Source: Candidatus Acidiferrales bacterium
Lineage (GTDB): Bacteria; Acidobacteriota; Terriglobia; Acidiferrales; UBA7541
NCBI GenBank assembly: GCA_049281095.1
Contig: JBAPRL010000082.1
Coordinates: 1,298 to 65,297, forward strand
Length of the DNA stretch: 64,000 bases
Reading direction: 5' to 3'
In this document: positions 54,136-64,000 of the stretch, piece after piece
Position numbering within the stretch: position 1 is the first letter of the stretch
Layout: the number at the start of each line of letters is the position of its first letter
The notes under the pieces: generated by a model
Database searches by the model: none
The model's input: only the letters and a program-made list of their open reading frames with translations
Told to the model about the DNA's origin: nothing
Program-made: the position numbers and the translations under genes

Positions 54136-55581
54136 ATGGCACACCCCTTGCCTAACCGCTATGGGATGTCCGTAGCGACAGACAAATCCATGGCAGAACT
54201 GGTTCGGCGCAATCTGCCTATCTGTGTGCTTGACGACGAAGCAGACCTCGTCGAAATCACGGCGACGAAGCTCGCACGCCTTGGTTTTCCGACGCTAGGC
54301 ACGACGAAGGCGGAAGACGCTCTGGGGCAGGTGCGCGCCGGCGCGTGCCGCGTGGTGCTGGTGGACATGAAAATGCCGGGAATGGATGGGTTCGCGTTTC
54401 TGGACCAATCGCTGCAGATCGATCCCAGCATCGCGGTGATCCTGGTCACCGGCTTCTATTCCGTGGATTCCGCCATCGAGGCGATTCGGCGCGGCGCCCA
54501 CGATTTCCTGTGCAAGCCAATTGATGAGGAACGGCTGGTGAAGGCTTTGGATGAGCTGGCGGAAGTGTCCACGCGGCGGTCGCAGATTCGCGCGCTCGAC
54601 GACCAATTGCTTTCCAACTTCGAATTCGAAGGGATTGTGGGCCGCAGTCCGGCGATGCTGGAAATGCTCGATATGGCCCGGAAGATCTCGCGGCATTACA
54701 CCAACGTGCTGATCAGCGGACCCACGGGATCCGGAAAAGAATTGGTGGCGCGCGCGGTGCATCAGATGAGTCCGGTTAGCCAGCAGAAATTCGCGGTGTG
54801 CAACTGCTCGGCGCTGGTCGATACTCTTCTCGAAAGCCAACTCTTCGGGCACATGCGCGGCGCCTTCACCGGCGCAACGGATACGCGGCCAGGGCTATTC
54901 GAATACGCCAATGGGGGCAGCGTTTTTCTGGACGAAATCGGCGAAACCTCTCCGCAGATGCAAGCCAAATTGCTGCGGGTGATTCAGAATCGCGAGATTC
55001 AGCGCGTGGGTTCGCCGGAGGTGAAGAAGGTGGACGTGCGCATTGTCGCCGCCACCAATCGCGATCTCCGCAATGAAGTGCTGGCCGGGCGATTTCGCGA
55101 GGACCTCTTCTACCGGCTCAGCTCGCTGGAGATTCAAGTGCCTGGCCTGTCCGAGCGCACCGAAGACATCCCCATCCTGGTGCGCTACTTCCTGAAGAAA
55201 TACGGCGAAGCGTATGGCAAAACGTTCCAGGGACTCACGCGGCGCGCACAGATTGTCCTGCTGCACCACGCCTGGCCCGGCAACGTCCGCGAGCTCGAAA
55301 ACGTGATTTCCAGCGCCGCGATCAGCGCGACGAATGAATTCATCGACGTCGCCGACTTGCCCGGCAACCTACGCAAACCTACAGGGCGCACCGGCGCTAC
55401 GGAAGAAAACTGGCGGCCGCTGCCGCTCGACGAAGTGCGGCGAATGCATATCAAACGCGTTCTCGAAATGTGCGGAGGAAACCGCGTGCGTGCGTCGCAG
55501 ATGCTCGGCATTGGGCGCACCAGTTTGTATCGTTTCCTGAAGCGCGAGCCCAGCGAGCCCATTGGAAAGAGCGCCGCATAA
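54136..55581 (+). CDS. sigma-54-dependent Fis-family response regulator (NtrC-like)
   Basis: Receiver domain (VLDDE, VLVDMKMPGMDG), AAA+ sigma-54 interaction domain (GPTGSGKELVARAVH, GAFTGA, ESQLFGH, VRELEN), and a C-terminal Fis HTH (ASQMLGIGRTSLYRFLK). Confidence 0.9.
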   Translation: MAHPLPNRYGMSVATDKSMAELVRRNLPICVLDDEADLVEITATKLARLGFPTLGTTKAEDALGQVRAGACRVVLVDMKMPGMDGFAFLDQSLQIDPSIAVILVTGFYSVDSAIEAIRRGAHDFLCKPIDEERLVKALDELAEVSTRRSQIRALDDQLLSNFEFEGIVGRSPAMLEMLDMARKISRHYTNVLISGPTGSGKELVARAVHQMSPVSQQKFAVCNCSALVDTLLESQLFGHMRGAFTGATDTRPGLFEYANGGSVFLDEIGETSPQMQAKLLRVIQNREIQRVGSPEVKKVDVRIVAATNRDLRNEVLAGRFREDLFYRLSSLEIQVPGLSERTEDIPILVRYFLKKYGEAYGKTFQGLTRRAQIVLLHHAWPGNVRELENVISSAAISATNEFIDVADLPGNLRKPTGRTGATEENWRPLPLDEVRRMHIKRVLEMCGGNRVRASQMLGIGRTSLYRFLKREPSEPIGKSAA

Positions 55582-55747
55582 CGCGTAAACGGACGCGCAA
55601 GGTTGCCCGCGGTTCCGCAACGGCACGCCCGGTTCGTATTGCGCTGTGCGCGTTTGGAACATCTCCGCACTGCCTTTCTTTGCCCACACTTAGCGCAAAT
55701 CGCGGTGGCCGCTCGCGTGCAAGCTGAATGGTACTGAGGAGTACGCC

Positions 55748-56140
55748 GTGCAAGACACCGTCAACTGGGAAGAACTCGGAATTGAAGCAAATAAGGACCG
55801 CCGCCGCGAGGCGCGGATTCCTCTGACCATCCCCATCGAAGTGACCGGATTCGATGTGGATGGAAAATTTTTCTGCGAAGCGACAAAGACTGTCGACATT
55901 AGCGAGAGTGGCTGCAGCTTCCCGCTCAAACTCTGTCTGGAGCGCGGAGGAATCATCGCCATTAAGGTGCTGGTGAAAGACCTCAAGAAGAAAAGCGAGC
56001 AGCGGCCTTTTCTTTATCAGGTTGCTCGCTCCACTCTGGAGGGCGATTACTGGATGATCGGCGCGGCCAAATTGCAGCCGGAGAGCGTGTGGTTCGTAGC
56101 CTTTCCAAAATCAGAGACGAACAACCAGGCGAAGCAATAG
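55748..56140 (+). CDS. PilZ domain protein
   Basis: Canonical c-di-GMP binding motifs RRREAR (RxxxR) and DISESG (DxSxxG). Confidence 0.75.
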   Translation: MQDTVNWEELGIEANKDRRREARIPLTIPIEVTGFDVDGKFFCEATKTVDISESGCSFPLKLCLERGGIIAIKVLVKDLKKKSEQRPFLYQVARSTLEGDYWMIGAAKLQPESVWFVAFPKSETNNQAKQ

Positions 56141-56230
56141 CCGCGTAAGCAGCACGCGGCATGGCATCGGCGCGCAGCGCAGCCAAGGGGCGGAGCTGCG
56201 CGGTGCAAGAAACTGACTTCCCTCTTTTCC

Positions 56231-56911
56231 TTACTTCATCGCCCCGCTAACGGCGCTCGCGGCCGCAACGGGCACCCAGACAGTGTTATCGAGACGAACC
56301 AACAGCCCGGTCTGCGCCGGCAACTGAACGTCCTTGCCGCGCTTGGTTGCAACATAGACCGCGCTGCCGATCAGGCCGATGCCGAAGCCGCGCACGACGT
56401 GACCGAACACTTCGCCAACCAGCGAACCTCCGCCCGTGCCGATGGTCGCGTCCAGGACGTAGCCTTTGACGTCACGCTTTTCCTGGACCTCTACGCCTTC
56501 GACTTCGTTAAGGTCCCTGCGCAGCTTTCCGCCCTCGTCCGAGTCTTTGTAAATACCGAGCAGGCTCATACGCGCGGGAAGAATGCGGTTGTCCACTTCG
56601 ATGGAACTGAACGTCAGCGTCATGGAAGCGCCGCCGCGAATCAGCGCGAAATGCTTCGGGGGTTCGACGTTGCTGACAATGCCGTGCACCTTCGCGCCCG
56701 CTGGTAAGACCATTTGACTGCCGAGATAAACCGGCTCGGAAACGACCGCCTCGAACGGATCTCCATCACGCGCGACGCCGGTGCTGAGCCCGCTCAGAAG
56801 CGTGAGCCGCACTTGGGTGCCTTGCATCACCTGGGCTGTCTGCGCGTAGACGGCGGGAACCAGGGAGAGCGCCAGGGCCACTGCTGCAGCAAAACAAAAT
56901 GACCGCTTCAT
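56231..56911 (-). CDS. hypothetical secreted protein (226 aa)
   Basis: ATG 56911 is preceded by GGAGG plus 7 nt. The signal peptide is MKRSFCFAAAVALALSLVPAVYAQ. The C-terminus has a Gly-rich hydrophobic segment. It is the only credible part of the 838-aa ORF-track call. Confidence 0.65.
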   Translation of the reverse strand: MKRSFCFAAAVALALSLVPAVYAQTAQVMQGTQVRLTLLSGLSTGVARDGDPFEAVVSEPVYLGSQMVLPAGAKVHGIVSNVEPPKHFALIRGGASMTLTFSSIEVDNRILPARMSLLGIYKDSDEGGKLRRDLNEVEGVEVQEKRDVKGYVLDATIGTGGGSLVGEVFGHVVRGFGIGLIGSAVYVATKRGKDVQLPAQTGLLVRLDNTVWVPVAAASAVSGAMK

Positions 56912-57202
56912 TTCGAATCCTCCATGCCCGGAACGTTGGTGCTCCGAGTTTGTCCCGTTTCGTGGGACCGTCCGCTGGCGCTGCGGGAGGGTGAGGAGGA
57001 AATCACCCGGAAGAAAGATACAAGATCGCTCGAGCGGTGTGTCGAGAATTCTGCGCGCGCGTTCCAAGAAACAACGGATTATAGTTCCATCGAACTGGCA
57101 AATCGCGCCCGCTTTCGCGCGCAGAAGCGGTGTGTTAGACTCGCGGAGCGAGTGAGAAACGCGGCGCGAGAAATGCGCGGCGAATTTCGTTCGCAAACCG
57201 GC

Positions 57203-57306
<104 letters not shown>

Positions 57307-57340
57307 TTACCAGCGCGCGAAGCGAGCCCCAGGAATCCTC

Positions 57341-59083
57341 ATGGCTTATCAAGTGATTGCACGGAAGTGGCGGCCGCAAACGTTCGGCGAAATCGTCGGG
57401 CAGCGGCACGTGACGCAAACGTTGGAAAACGCCATCCGCCAAAACAGGCTGGCGCACGCGTACATTTTTTGTGGCACGCGCGGCGTGGGCAAGACGAGCA
57501 CGGCGCGCATCCTGGCGAAGTGCCTGAATTGCGTGAACGGGCCGACGGCGACGCCGTGCAACGAGTGCGAAGCCTGCCGCGGAATTACCGCAGGCACCAC
57601 GCTGGACGTGCTCGAAATCGATGCGGCCTCGAATCGCGGCATCGATCAAATCCGCGAATTGCGCGAAATGGTGCGCTACGCGCCGGCCGCGGCCCGCTAC
57701 AAAGTGGTGATCCTCGACGAAGCGCATCAGTTGACGGATGAAGCTTCGAACGCGCTGCTGAAAACTTTGGAAGAGCCGCCCGACAAAGTGGTTTTCATCT
57801 TGGCCACCACGCAGCCCGAAGATTTGGCCGACACGATCAAATCGCGCGCGCAGCTTTTCCAATTCCGCTCGCTGGCGTTTCAGGAAATCGCCGACGCGCT
57901 CGCGCACATCACCCAAGAAGAAAAATTGAAAATCGAGCCGGGAGCGCTGGCGGTGCTGGCGCGCGCCGCGGAAGGAAGCTTGCGAGACGGGCTTTCGCTG
58001 CTGGAACAGGCCATCGCGTATTCCGGCGACAAAATCACCGATAAGCAGGTGCGCGAACTGCTGGGCGTGGTCGGCGAAGAAGTGCTCGATGAATTGATCT
58101 CGGCCATCTCTGAGCAATCGGCGGAGAAAGCGCTCACACTGGTGCAGCGGCTGCATGCCGACGGGCAGAACTTGCAGCATTTCTGCCGCGAGGCTATCCG
58201 GCACGTGCGCAATCTGCTGGTGGGCAAAGTGGCGGGCGCGGAATCTGCGTTGATTACCGAGCCGATGGATGAGCGGCCGCGGCTCGCGAAACAGGCGGCG
58301 CTTTTCAGCGAAGAAGACCTGACGCGATTCTTCCAGATTCTGATGGCCACAGACGAAGACTTGCGCCGCAAGCCGGACCCGCGTTTGCATTTGGAACTGG
58401 GTTTGCTGCGGCTGGTGAACGCGTCGCGGCTTGCTCCCTTGGAAGAAGTGCTCGCCGATTTGCGCGAAGAGAGACTGCCTTCGGATGGCGGACGCAAAGC
58501 CGTGTCGCATGGGCCACAGGCTTCCGCTGCGCCGCGCGGTGCGAGTGCAAGCGAAGGCAAAATGCACGCCGCGGCCGCGGCGGCGGGCGTGAGCGGCAGC
58601 GCTGCACCGCAAAATGCGCCTGCACCCACATTCGACAAAGATGTCGAGCGGCCGGCGCCGGTGCCGACTTCCGCGCCGCGCATCGTCGCCAAGGCCGTGG
58701 AGAGCCGCTTCAGCGGGCTGGCGGCCGCGCAGATGGAAACGATTCAATCGCAGCTACGAAATCAGAAATTTTTGTGGTCGATGGTGGAGCATGCCACGCG
58801 CTGGGAGCTCGAAGGCGGCGAAATGAATTTATATTTCCCGCCGGAGAGCCGCGCGCTTGCGGAAATGTTGCAGGCCAGGGACCCTATGGAGAAGTTGCGC
58901 ACCGTACTCAGTTCCGTGATGGGCCAGCCGCTGCGGGTTTGTGTTAAACTGGATTCTGGCCGGACCGCGGCACCGCGCGCGTCGGAATTGCGCGCGCGAA
59001 TGGAAGAGGATCCCATCGTTCGAGCAATGCTGGAACGCTTCGGCGGGCAGATCTCCGAAGTGAAACGGCGAAGCGAGGACTGA
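57341..59083 (+). CDS. dnaX: DNA polymerase III subunit gamma/tau
   Basis: Motifs: MAYQVIARKWRPQTFGEIVGQ, GTRGVGKTS (Walker A), zinc module CNECEAC, VVILDEAH. ATG 57341 is used because the ORF-track extension overlaps ffs. Confidence 0.9.
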   Translation: MAYQVIARKWRPQTFGEIVGQRHVTQTLENAIRQNRLAHAYIFCGTRGVGKTSTARILAKCLNCVNGPTATPCNECEACRGITAGTTLDVLEIDAASNRGIDQIRELREMVRYAPAAARYKVVILDEAHQLTDEASNALLKTLEEPPDKVVFILATTQPEDLADTIKSRAQLFQFRSLAFQEIADALAHITQEEKLKIEPGALAVLARAAEGSLRDGLSLLEQAIAYSGDKITDKQVRELLGVVGEEVLDELISAISEQSAEKALTLVQRLHADGQNLQHFCREAIRHVRNLLVGKVAGAESALITEPMDERPRLAKQAALFSEEDLTRFFQILMATDEDLRRKPDPRLHLELGLLRLVNASRLAPLEEVLADLREERLPSDGGRKAVSHGPQASAAPRGASASEGKMHAAAAAAGVSGSAAPQNAPAPTFDKDVERPAPVPTSAPRIVAKAVESRFSGLAAAQMETIQSQLRNQKFLWSMVEHATRWELEGGEMNLYFPPESRALAEMLQARDPMEKLRTVLSSVMGQPLRVCVKLDSGRTAAPRASELRARMEEDPIVRAMLERFGGQISEVKRRSED

Positions 59084-59084
59084 A

Positions 59085-59411
59085 ATGGAAGTCAAAGCGC
59101 TACAACAAATGATGTCGCAGTTGTGGCAGATGCAGGAGAACCTCGAACACAAGCGCGGCGAGATACGCGTGGAAGCGAGCGCCGGCGGCGGCATGGTCAC
59201 CGTCAAAATGAACGGCCAGAAGCAGCTGACGGAAATTAAAATCGAGCCGGAGATTTTTGCGAACAAAGACCAGGAAATGCTGCAGGACCTGGTGCTGGCA
59301 GCGGTGAATGAGGCTTCGCGCCGCGTGGATGAAGAATTCGCGAAGCAGATCAAGGACATGACCGGAAGCATTCCGGGAGTGGCGGGACTGCGCATCCCGG
59401 GCCTTTTCTAG
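59085..59411 (+). CDS. ybaB: YbaB/EbfC family nucleoid-associated protein
   Basis: The sequence GGGMVTVKMNGQKQLTEIKIEPEIF...DQEMLQDLVLAAVNEA is typical of the family. It lies between dnaX and recR. Confidence 0.9.
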   Translation: MEVKALQQMMSQLWQMQENLEHKRGEIRVEASAGGGMVTVKMNGQKQLTEIKIEPEIFANKDQEMLQDLVLAAVNEASRRVDEEFAKQIKDMTGSIPGVAGLRIPGLF

Positions 59412-59503
59412 AGGGCCGGGGCGGGCACGCACAAAGCTTTTGCAAATTACTTCATTCCGCAGAATTCCATTGCCATTCGGATTTTGTTTGCTCAGGATGA
59501 CTG

Positions 59504-60103
59504 ATGCCTGATTTTGCGCCGTCCATCACGCGGTTAATCGACGAGCTGAAGCATCTGCCCGGTATCGGCCAGAAGACCGCGCAGCGGCTGGCGTTTCATC
59601 TGCTGCGCGCCGATCGAGGCCAGGCGCTGGCGCTTTCCGACGCCATTCGCGAAGCGAAGGAAAAAATCCGCGAGTGCTCGGTGTGCAACAACATCACCGA
59701 CACCGACCCGTGCTATTTCTGCACGGCGCCGACGCGGGACAAGAAAACGATTTGCGTGGTGGAAGAGGCTCCGAATATTTCCGCGATTGAAAAGACGCGC
59801 GAGTACAGCGGGATGTATCACGTCTTGGGCGGCGCGCTTTCGCCGTTGCAAGGACGCGGGCCGGAGCAACTGAAAATCAAGAGTTTGATCGAGCGGCTCA
59901 AGGGCGGCGCGGTGGAAGAAATTATTATCGCGACGAATCCCACGGCGGAAGGCGAAGCGACCGCGGTCTATCTTTCGAAGCTGATCAAGCCGCTGGGCGT
60001 GCGCGTGACGCGAATCGCCATGGGCATACCGGTCGGCTCGGATCTGGAATACGCCGATGAAGTTACGATGGTGAAAGCGATGGAAGGCCGCCGCGATTTG
60101 TAG
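59504..60103 (+). CDS. recR: recombination protein RecR
   Basis: Motifs: [17 protein letters not shown] (HhH), zinc finger [16 protein letters not shown], and a Toprim region ([18 protein letters not shown]). Confidence 0.95.
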   Translation: MPDFAPSITRLIDELKHLPGIGQKTAQRLAFHLLRADRGQALALSDAIREAKEKIRECSVCNNITDTDPCYFCTAPTRDKKTICVVEEAPNISAIEKTREYSGMYHVLGGALSPLQGRGPEQLKIKSLIERLKGGAVEEIIIATNPTAEGEATAVYLSKLIKPLGVRVTRIAMGIPVGSDLEYADEVTMVKAMEGRRDL

Positions 60104-60136
60104 CAGCGGCCGTCCCGTTTTTCGTTGCCGTTGGGT

Positions 60137-62404
60137 TTACTGTCCGGCGCTTTCGAGTGCCGAGGCCGCAGCGTTGATGGAATCCGCCTCCTTCTGCAGC
60201 ACGTCGGCTACAATTCCGATTTCCTGCGCCGCCTGCTCCCAGTTTTTCTGCTCGATGGCTTCGCGAACTCCGGGAATGGTCTTCACACCGTAGCCGGTGT
60301 AGATGCCCGGAGCGTAAAGCTGGTGCTTGTACCACGGGCGACCCGGCAAGCCAGCATCGCTCATCAGTGCGCGCTCGGTGGTGATCAGGTCTTGATCCAC
60401 AGTTTGGAACGAAGCACCCGATGCGGAGGCGCCCTGCTGCGCTTTGTCAAACGCAGTTTGGTAATGAGCGGCGCTCTGCTTCAGACTGGCCACTGCGGTA
60501 TCCAGCGGAGAAAAATCGAGCGGCTGGGGAACGTCTTCCATTGCCGGCGGAACGAATTTCTTCGTGGGATCGGCGGTTGCGGTGAAAATGCCGTCGGTTA
60601 TTTCCTTGTTTTGCCATTGGATTTGGTTGATTTCGGTTTTGTCGAGTTTTTCCAGTTCGGAGACAAAACGACCGACGGCGTCCGCAAGGCCGGTGAAGTC
60701 CAGCGGCGGCACGTCGGAATCGGCCAGGCGCATCACCGTAGTGCCCGCCGTTTGCGACAGGGTGCGGCCGTACTGTTCGGTGGGATCGTCAAAATGGGAA
60801 TACCAATAAAAGTCGTCGTAGATGGAATGGTAGATTCCGCCGCCGACTTCGCCGCCGAAGCCGTAGTTAATCGACGCGATGCCATCGTGGTCGATGAAGG
60901 CGGAATAATCAGAACCGGAGCCTAAGTCGCCGATGATGAGATTCTTTTCCGACTCGAGCTTCTGGCGCTCTTCGGGATTTTCCGCGCGCGCCATGAGAGC
61001 CAGCCGCATGCGTTTGCCGACGGAAATTCCCTTCTCCGGATCCTGGATGTCATTTGCGACATTGTTCACCAGCGCTTCCAACTCGTGCGAACCTTCCGCT
61101 TCCAGATAGCCGCGGCCGTTGGTGTCGGAATTGATGTAAGCGACGGCGTGAGTTGCCAGATCGTCTCCGTGTTCTTCGACCCATTCGGTTGAGCCCAAGA
61201 GGCCGGGCTCTTCGCCGTCCCAGGAGCAATAAACGAGGGTGCGCTTGGGGCGCCAACCCTGTTGGTAAAGCTCGCCGAAAGAGCGGGCTTCCTCGAGCAG
61301 CGCGACTTGACCGGCGATGGGATCCTCGGCGCCATTCACCCATCCATCATAGTGATTCCCGCGAATGACCCATTCATCGGGATAAGTGGAGCCGGCGAGC
61401 TTTGCGATCACATCGTTTACCGGCTTCAAATCCCAATTGAATTGCAGTTTTAGGTGAACTTTGGCGGGGCCCGGGCCGACGTGATAGGTGATCGGGAGAG
61501 CGCCGCGCCAACCCGACGGGGCGACCGGGCCGCTCAGCGCTCTAAGAAGCGGGAGGGCGTCACCGTAGGAAATCGGCATCACGGGAATGTCCTCGATGGT
61601 CTTCGCTTCCTTTATGGGCAAGCGCTTGGCGTTGGCGTCCGCGCCAACTCCGGGAGTGAGAGGATCTCCCGGATAGATTTCCATCTTCACAACGCTGCCT
61701 CGCTGTACGCCCTGATCCGGGCGCCAGGGACCCTTGGGGAAAACATCGCCTTCGTAGTAGCCATCGTCGCGCGGATCGGAATAAATGAGGCAGCCAATGG
61801 CGCCGTGCTCGGCGGCCAGCTTGGGTTTAATGCCGCGCCAAGAATGGCCATAGCGGGTGATGACGATAGCGCCTTTGACGGAAATGCCCATGCGCGCCAG
61901 CTCTTCATAATCTTCCGGCACGCCATAATTCACATACACCAAAGGAGCAGTGACGTCGCCATCGGGAGAATAGGCATTGTAGGTTGGAAGCTGTTCTGAT
62001 TGCTGGTACGAAGTGGGATCGCCGGGCACGGGAGGCTCTTGTATTTTGGCGACGTAATGCGTTGGCGCGACCATTTCAAGGAGGCGAAACTTCGGCGTGG
62101 GGAAAAGGACTTGGAATGTCTCAATGTGCGCGTCCCAACCCCATTTCTTGTACTGAGCGAGGATCCATTCGCTGTTCTGCTTGTCGTATGGCGAGCCGAC
62201 GTGATGCGGACGAGCGGCGAGGAGCTTCATGTCCGCTATCATGTTGTCTGGCGAAGGAATGGCGCGGAATTTCTGTTCCCAACTCTGTTCGTCGGCAGAG
62301 GAATTGCCAAAAAAGCCGGCGAGTCTTGCTTGTTCCTCCTGCTGGCCGATGGTGAGAAGCGGCAAGCAAAGGATAAATCCCAGCAGAAACACAAGACGAC
62401 GCAT
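60137..62404 (-). CDS. M28 family peptidase of the glutamate carboxypeptidase II / transferrin-receptor-like type (PA domain plus M28 plus C-terminal dimerisation domain)
   Basis: Signal peptide, PA-like insert, M28 core (GNHYDGW, SWDGEEPGLLGSTEW, GSGSDYSAF) and a helical C-terminal domain. Confidence 0.85.
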   Translation of the reverse strand: MRRLVFLLGFILCLPLLTIGQQEEQARLAGFFGNSSADEQSWEQKFRAIPSPDNMIADMKLLAARPHHVGSPYDKQNSEWILAQYKKWGWDAHIETFQVLFPTPKFRLLEMVAPTHYVAKIQEPPVPGDPTSYQQSEQLPTYNAYSPDGDVTAPLVYVNYGVPEDYEELARMGISVKGAIVITRYGHSWRGIKPKLAAEHGAIGCLIYSDPRDDGYYEGDVFPKGPWRPDQGVQRGSVVKMEIYPGDPLTPGVGADANAKRLPIKEAKTIEDIPVMPISYGDALPLLRALSGPVAPSGWRGALPITYHVGPGPAKVHLKLQFNWDLKPVNDVIAKLAGSTYPDEWVIRGNHYDGWVNGAEDPIAGQVALLEEARSFGELYQQGWRPKRTLVYCSWDGEEPGLLGSTEWVEEHGDDLATHAVAYINSDTNGRGYLEAEGSHELEALVNNVANDIQDPEKGISVGKRMRLALMARAENPEERQKLESEKNLIIGDLGSGSDYSAFIDHDGIASINYGFGGEVGGGIYHSIYDDFYWYSHFDDPTEQYGRTLSQTAGTTVMRLADSDVPPLDFTGLADAVGRFVSELEKLDKTEINQIQWQNKEITDGIFTATADPTKKFVPPAMEDVPQPLDFSPLDTAVASLKQSAAHYQTAFDKAQQGASASGASFQTVDQDLITTERALMSDAGLPGRPWYKHQLYAPGIYTGYGVKTIPGVREAIEQKNWEQAAQEIGIVADVLQKEADSINAAASALESAGQ

Positions 62405-62444
62405 AAGGCCTCCGTGAAAAGATGGGAATGCTCTTGCAAAAACT

Positions 62445-63698
62445 TTAGGGCGTCACGCCGCCATAATGCGGAATGGCATCGCGCGCGACGTTCTTGTACA
62501 CCACGCCGCCTTTCATGACAAACGAAACGCGGCGGACGGCGGTGATGTCCGCGATGGGATCGCCATCGAGCGCGATGATATCGGCCTGAAGCCCGGGCGC
62601 GATGGAGCCAATTTCGCTTTGCCGATTCAGGGATTCCGCTGCCAGCGAATTCGCGGAGATCAGCGCGGCCCTGGGCTCCTGACCGCCGTCGCGCACGCGA
62701 TCAATCAGTTCCTCCGCATTGCGGCCGTGCGCGCCGGCAACGGCATCGGTGCCAAAAACAATTTTCAGGCCGGGAGTTTTGAGCGCGCGGTGGTACAGGT
62801 CCGCATCAAGCGGAAGGGCTTGCTTCATTTGCTCGAAACCGGATTCGGTGTAATTGCCGATGCCGAGATAGCGCTGTTCATTATCGAGATAGTTCTGAAT
62901 GACCAGGCCGACCTGCGGATCAAAATACGTGCCGTGCTCGGCCATCAAGCGCAGGTCGTCGTCGGTGGCAAAGGTGCCGTGCTCGACTTCGGTGCAGCCG
63001 GCGAGGGTGGCCATGCGAACGGAACCGCGATAGGCGTGCACCAGAGTGCGAAGGCCGCGCTTTTTGGCCTCGTCGCATGCGGCATTGAGCTGGTCCTGCG
63101 AGAGCGTAGGGCCGCCGCCATCGCGAATGCTCTGTGAAGCAAAAATCTTGATGAGGTCCGCACCGTCGGAGGCGACCTTGTCGATGTAGGCGCGAATCTG
63201 GTCCGGGGTTCCGGTGGCGTCGCCGCGTCCGAAAAGGGGCCGGAACGCGGTGAGAATGCGCGGGCCGGGAATTTCGCCGCGATTGATCATGTCGCGCAGC
63301 GGCTTGTCCTCGGGCGCGCCGACGCTTTGCACGGTGGTGAAACCGTCGACCAAAGTGAGCCAGGCGTTCGATTCAGCGGCGAGCGCGGCTTGCTCGGGAG
63401 TCTCGGATTTGTCTTCGGCGCGTCCGTTGGGGCCGAAGTGATAGGTTATGTGGACGTGGCAATCGATCAAGCCGGGAAGAACGGTGAGCCCGCGCAGGTC
63501 GTAGGTAACCGGGCTGGCGTTGGGGTCAATGCGGACGATTTTGGAATTCTCGATAACGATGCGCGTATCGTGAAGAACATGGCCGCGACCGTCGAGGACA
63601 GTGCTTGCGGCGATGACGATGGGTTTTTCCTGGGCGGAAGCGCAAAGAGAAAACGAAAGCGCACACAAACCTAAAGCAAGACGGAAGATATTTCGCAT
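62445..63698 (-). CDS. secreted amidohydrolase family metallo-hydrolase
   Basis: Signal peptide, metal motif LPGLIDCHVHI, later VHAY...VEHG and FGTDA. Confidence 0.85.
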   Translation of the reverse strand: MRNIFRLALGLCALSFSLCASAQEKPIVIAASTVLDGRGHVLHDTRIVIENSKIVRIDPNASPVTYDLRGLTVLPGLIDCHVHITYHFGPNGRAEDKSETPEQAALAAESNAWLTLVDGFTTVQSVGAPEDKPLRDMINRGEIPGPRILTAFRPLFGRGDATGTPDQIRAYIDKVASDGADLIKIFASQSIRDGGGPTLSQDQLNAACDEAKKRGLRTLVHAYRGSVRMATLAGCTEVEHGTFATDDDLRLMAEHGTYFDPQVGLVIQNYLDNEQRYLGIGNYTESGFEQMKQALPLDADLYHRALKTPGLKIVFGTDAVAGAHGRNAEELIDRVRDGGQEPRAALISANSLAAESLNRQSEIGSIAPGLQADIIALDGDPIADITAVRRVSFVMKGGVVYKNVARDAIPHYGGVTP

Positions 63699-64000
63699 CA
63701 GATCTCACCCCGAAATGCGCGTGTTATCACGGCGGGAGTGCACGAGTCAACTGAGAACACATATGGGGAGGACAATCCGGCGCAGCGATGAAGATGAGAT
63801 GGGAAGCTGAAAGCCAGAGCATTGGAGGGGTCCGCAGAACCAACCGGACCACCAAAATTGTGCTCCGCAGGATCGATGGGAGTATAAGAACGGCGCTGGG
63901 GATAACCGACGCGAAGCACGAGACAGACTGAAACTGCTGGTTAGAATGGGCGGAGAGGACTGCAGTGCAAAAAACGCGATTTCAGTCCCGATTAGAAAAT

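Noticed and set aside
57341-59083. Programmed frameshift or slippage site in dnaX (gamma versus tau)
   Set aside because: I looked for an A AAA AAG-type heptamer or a long A-run in the relevant region. I found only short A5 runs (around 57913-57935) with no downstream structure, so there is no support.
63698-63919. 73-aa minus-strand ORF near the window end
   Set aside because: It has no SD, no motifs and an odd composition. It lies upstream of the amidohydrolase gene in what is more likely a promoter or leader region.

Overview
GC-rich bacterial chromosomal segment, read by eye rather than computed. Gene content points to Acidobacteriota (inference). The evidence is a 1295-aa TonB-dependent receptor with an N-terminal carboxypeptidase-regulatory-like domain, many secreted hypothetical proteins, small PilZ proteins, and an egtB-egtD pair. 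Most of the window is ordinary core metabolism and housekeeping. This includes rph-rdgB, egtB-egtD, tadA, an S9 peptidase, a KimA-like APC transporter and a glycolate/glyoxylate/glycerate/serine neighbourhood (glycerate kinase, hydroxyacid reductase, glcDEF, serA). It also includes acs, msrB, a Tat-signal GH1 beta-glucosidase, three tRNAs, a sigma-54 response regulator flanked by PilZ proteins, ffs-dnaX-ybaB-recR, an M28 peptidase and an amidohydrolase. I see no recognisable defence system, prophage, transposase, CRISPR array or toxin-antitoxin pair, and no clearly novel multi-gene system. Five things seem most worth a second look. (1) An orphan four-gene pseudopilin operon in GspH-I-J-K / FimT-PilV-PilW-PilX order ends in a giant 968-aa PilX_N-headed protein. 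(2) Three clusters of modular GTAG-headed GC-rich hairpin repeats (REP/BIME-like) lie at 36.4-37.0, 41.7-41.9 and 42.65-43.2 kb. Their modules are shared in inverted orientation and differ by whole-hairpin indels. (3) Tandem heptamer arrays (AGTGRNN, including 5 perfect AGTGGTC) flank a small secreted-protein gene. (4) A low-GC two-gene island carries a SPOR-domain protein. (5) The leader of the KimA-like transporter may hold a ydaO-type c-di-AMP riboswitch. Many long ORFs in the supplied track are antisense or alternative-frame artefacts of high GC content and are listed as rejected.
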